This document shows positions 61,915 through 64,000 of a DNA stretch of 64,000 nucleotides, one piece after another. The first letter of the stretch is position 1. Each line of letters begins with the position of its first letter. Source of the stretch: Chitinophagaceae bacterium (GTDB lineage: Bacteria > Bacteroidota > Bacteroidia > Cytophagales > JASGCU01). The notes under the pieces are model-generated. The model did no database searches. It was not told the origin of the DNA and worked only from the letters and a program-made list of their open reading frames with translations. Both the position numbers and the translations under genes were made by a program. Location of the stretch: positions 14,738 through 78,737 of the forward strand of contig JASGCU010000001.1 of NCBI GenBank assembly GCA_030053935.1, written 5' to 3'.

Positions 61915-63315
61915 TTGTTTCACTCTCTACCAAAAATGAATTTTTTGCTTCCCATATCATATATCTATTACAGTATACCATCACTATTAAGGGCAATAAC
62001 CAAGAGAATCTTGCTATTTTCTTTGTTCATTGCCCTTTCTTATACTACAAAAGCAGAGAATACATTTTTGTCTTATCGAATAAATACATACCAAAAAAAC
62101 TACTATCCCCCTACTTACAGAAGGTCTTTTTCTCAATCTTCTTTTTTTCGAAAAAACTCAACCCCATCTCCAAAAATAAGAAAACGCCCCCCCGTATCCC
62201 TTTCCCGAAAACGACAGAGAACCAAACCCCTCTTCATTGCATTGAACGATATAGGAACTTCTATCCGTAAAAATATTCAACAAAATAGAATTTCTGATAG
62301 AAAAACATCATTTTATAATCAAACTTACCCTCTCAAAAAAACTCATCAAACAGCAACAAGAGAAAAACAACATAAAAAAAAAAACAGTATACATTCTTCT
62401 CGTAATAGTAATATCCACTTGATAACCAAAACAAGTGTGGCAATAATCTTAGCCCCGGTAGCTATTCCTTATCTTTTGTTAGAAAAAGTATTTTCTCATA
62501 CTACATCGGGAGGGGAAATAAGTATCAGAAAAACAAAACCCGTATCTATTTCTCGTAGAAGAACAAAATCCCAACCATTACTCACTTCTCTATTCGCTCT
62601 CAAAAAGAAGAAAAATACTCTTTCTCCCCATAGAAATAAAAATCTAAATACCGAAGTAGCTGTATACAAAAGAAAAATGCAATACAAAACTACCGCATAT
62701 TCTCATACCAAACAGGACTATAAAAACACACGTTCCCAATCTTACAAATTCAAAAGTATCTTTTTGACCAGTTCTTCTGTGGTATTAGCTCCTGTAGTTA
62801 TTCCATATATACTTGTAAAAAAAATATTTGAAAAGAACCATCATATATCCCGTGAAAAAAGTCACAAAAGAACAGAACCCGTATCCATATCCCGTAAAAG
62901 GACAAAAGCACCTCCTATATTCATATCCTTTCACACATGGAAACAAAAAACTATCCATACTATTTCCCGCGGCTCTATAAAAAATAAGCATATATCACCC
63001 TTAGATGATAGAGTTTATTCCTCGCAAAATACCAACAAAAACTCAAAATCTAAATCTATACTTTTTTATAGCAGTGCAGTAATAGTATCCCCTATTATAG
63101 CACCTTATTTGCTTATCAAAAAATTATATAATCAAACGAATTCCTCCTCCAAACAAAAAACATTTACCAAAAATGAACACCAATCCAATTTTTATAAAGA
63201 GGTAAATGATGTAAAATGGTCTCTCAAGTCCTTATGGAAAGGATTAACGGATGCAGTAAAACGCATCAGAAAATCGCCATACGATAGGGGAGAAAGTGCT
63301 ATTTGGTATAAATAG
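61915..63315 (+). CDS. Highly basic protein with three tandem ~113-aa repeats, each with a hydrophobic segment
   Basis: A 466-aa ORF is very unlikely by chance in AT-rich DNA. The repeats carry PVS(L/I)SR(K/R)R...P(L/I)F and (A/S)P(V/I)xIPY(L/I)L.KK(I/L/V)(F/Y). The more likely start is the MNFLL Met at 61936, which gives a signal/anchor-like N-terminus. Confidence 0.6.
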   Translation: MFHSLPKMNFLLPISYIYYSIPSLLRAITKRILLFSLFIALSYTTKAENTFLSYRINTYQKNYYPPTYRRSFSQSSFFRKNSTPSPKIRKRPPVSLSRKRQRTKPLFIALNDIGTSIRKNIQQNRISDRKTSFYNQTYPLKKTHQTATREKQHKKKNSIHSSRNSNIHLITKTSVAIILAPVAIPYLLLEKVFSHTTSGGEISIRKTKPVSISRRRTKSQPLLTSLFALKKKKNTLSPHRNKNLNTEVAVYKRKMQYKTTAYSHTKQDYKNTRSQSYKFKSIFLTSSSVVLAPVVIPYILVKKIFEKNHHISREKSHKRTEPVSISRKRTKAPPIFISFHTWKQKTIHTISRGSIKNKHISPLDDRVYSSQNTNKNSKSKSILFYSSAVIVSPIIAPYLLIKKLYNQTNSSSKQKTFTKNEHQSNFYKEVNDVKWSLKSLWKGLTDAVKRIRKSPYDRGESAIWYK

Positions 63316-63490
63316 ATAAAAAAAATATCCAATAAAAAAAAATTGTATCTATATTAAAAATAAAATTATACTTAAAAAAACAAGTAAGCAATAAAATTTT
63401 AAAATATGAGTCCTATCCAAAGTAGAATTATATGCATAAAAAAACAAGTTATGAATCGACAGAAAAGTTATAAATAATAAATAAAAAAAT

Positions 63491-64000
63491 ATGACAATAC
63501 AAAAAATTTTAATTGCTAATAGAGGAGAAATAGCATTGAGGGTTATAAGGACAGCAAAGGAAATGGGAATAAAAACAGTTGCCATTTATAGTGATGTAGA
63601 TAGGAATTCGCTTCACGTAAGGTATGCTGATGAGGCGGTTTGGATAGGAGGTATTGTTTCTCAAGATTCATACCTTCGAAAAGAGAAAATAATAGAAGCT
63701 TGCAAAAAAACCAAAGCAGATGCAGTTCATCCGGGATATGGTTTTTTATCCGAAAACGCAGATTTTGCACAGATGCTACAGGATAATAGTATTATTTTTA
63801 TAGGACCTTCTGCGGCTTCCATTCGTTCTATGGGAGATAAGCTTTCCGCAAAAAAAACAGTATCTCAATATAATATTCCGATGGTGCCGGGTATAAATCG
63901 GTCTATTCATAATTTAGAAGCAGTAAAAAAAGAATTAGAACAAATTGGTTACCCTATTCTTATCAAAGCCAGTGCGGGAGGAGGTGGAAAAGGTATGCGA
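63491..64000 (+). CDS. accC: Biotin carboxylase (acetyl-CoA carboxylase type), 5' partial, runs off the window
   Basis: The ATG at 63491 gives MTIQKILIANRGEIALRVIRTAKEMGIKTVAIYSDVDRNSLHVRYADEAV...HPGYGFLSENADFA...GYPILIKASAGGGGKGMR. It is absent from the ORF track because no stop lies in the window. Confidence 0.88.
   Translation, partial: MTIQKILIANRGEIALRVIRTAKEMGIKTVAIYSDVDRNSLHVRYADEAVWIGGIVSQDSYLRKEKIIEACKKTKADAVHPGYGFLSENADFAQMLQDNSIIFIGPSAASIRSMGDKLSAKKTVSQYNIPMVPGINRSIHNLEAVKKELEQIGYPILIKASAGGGGKGMR

Noticed and set aside
61902-62270. 122-aa plus-strand ORF overlapping the start of the basic repeat protein
   Set aside because: It is an alternative frame of the same region. The 466-aa frame is far longer and carries the internally consistent triple repeat.
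63349-63770. Minus-strand ORFs 63349-63585 and 63543-63770
   Set aside because: They are antisense to the strongly supported biotin carboxylase N-terminus, or lie in the AT-rich leader. Their peptides are low-complexity.

Overview
AT-rich, Bacteroidota-like chromosomal window; the phylum guess rests on protein families and a TTTG-N19-TAnnTTTG promoter, and no species can be assigned. (1) Positions 1-33151 on the minus strand are one uninterrupted ORF of at least 11,050 codons. It is missing from the supplied ORF track because it has no stop codon inside the window. It encodes a signal peptide, a C-type-lectin-like domain, 12 iterated LamG/ConA-like lectin supermodules, roughly 50 Ig-like repeats by rough estimate, and a beta-propeller-like region, then continues past position 1. 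All plus-strand ORFs listed for this half are shadow ORFs. (2) 33.2-50 kb is a housekeeping block: PiT phosphate transporter, SAM methyltransferase, miaA, htpG, a MerR regulator, dprA, an OmpA-family protein, lgt, fbaA, a polyprenyl synthase, an outer-membrane CarboxypepD_reg protein and a class-III aminotransferase. It is interspersed with small inverted-repeat elements, IS1-like transposase debris and one clean bidirectional terminator. (3) 50.4-60.1 kb on the minus strand is a SulP anion transporter with an unusual C-terminal extension, followed by a hyfB-C-E-F-G-(H+I)-like six-gene cluster. Its large and small 'hydrogenase' subunits have lost the [NiFe] and proximal Fe-S cysteine ligands, so it resembles an energy-converting-hydrogenase-related, probably non-hydrogenase, membrane complex. 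(4) 60.1-64 kb holds small hypothetical genes, a DUF4494-like gene, a very basic protein with three ~113-aa repeats, and the 5' part of a biotin carboxylase (accC-like) that runs off the right edge and is also absent from the ORF track. No rRNA, tRNA or CRISPR array was recognised. Coordinates not taken from the ORF track were counted by hand and may be off by 1-2 nt.
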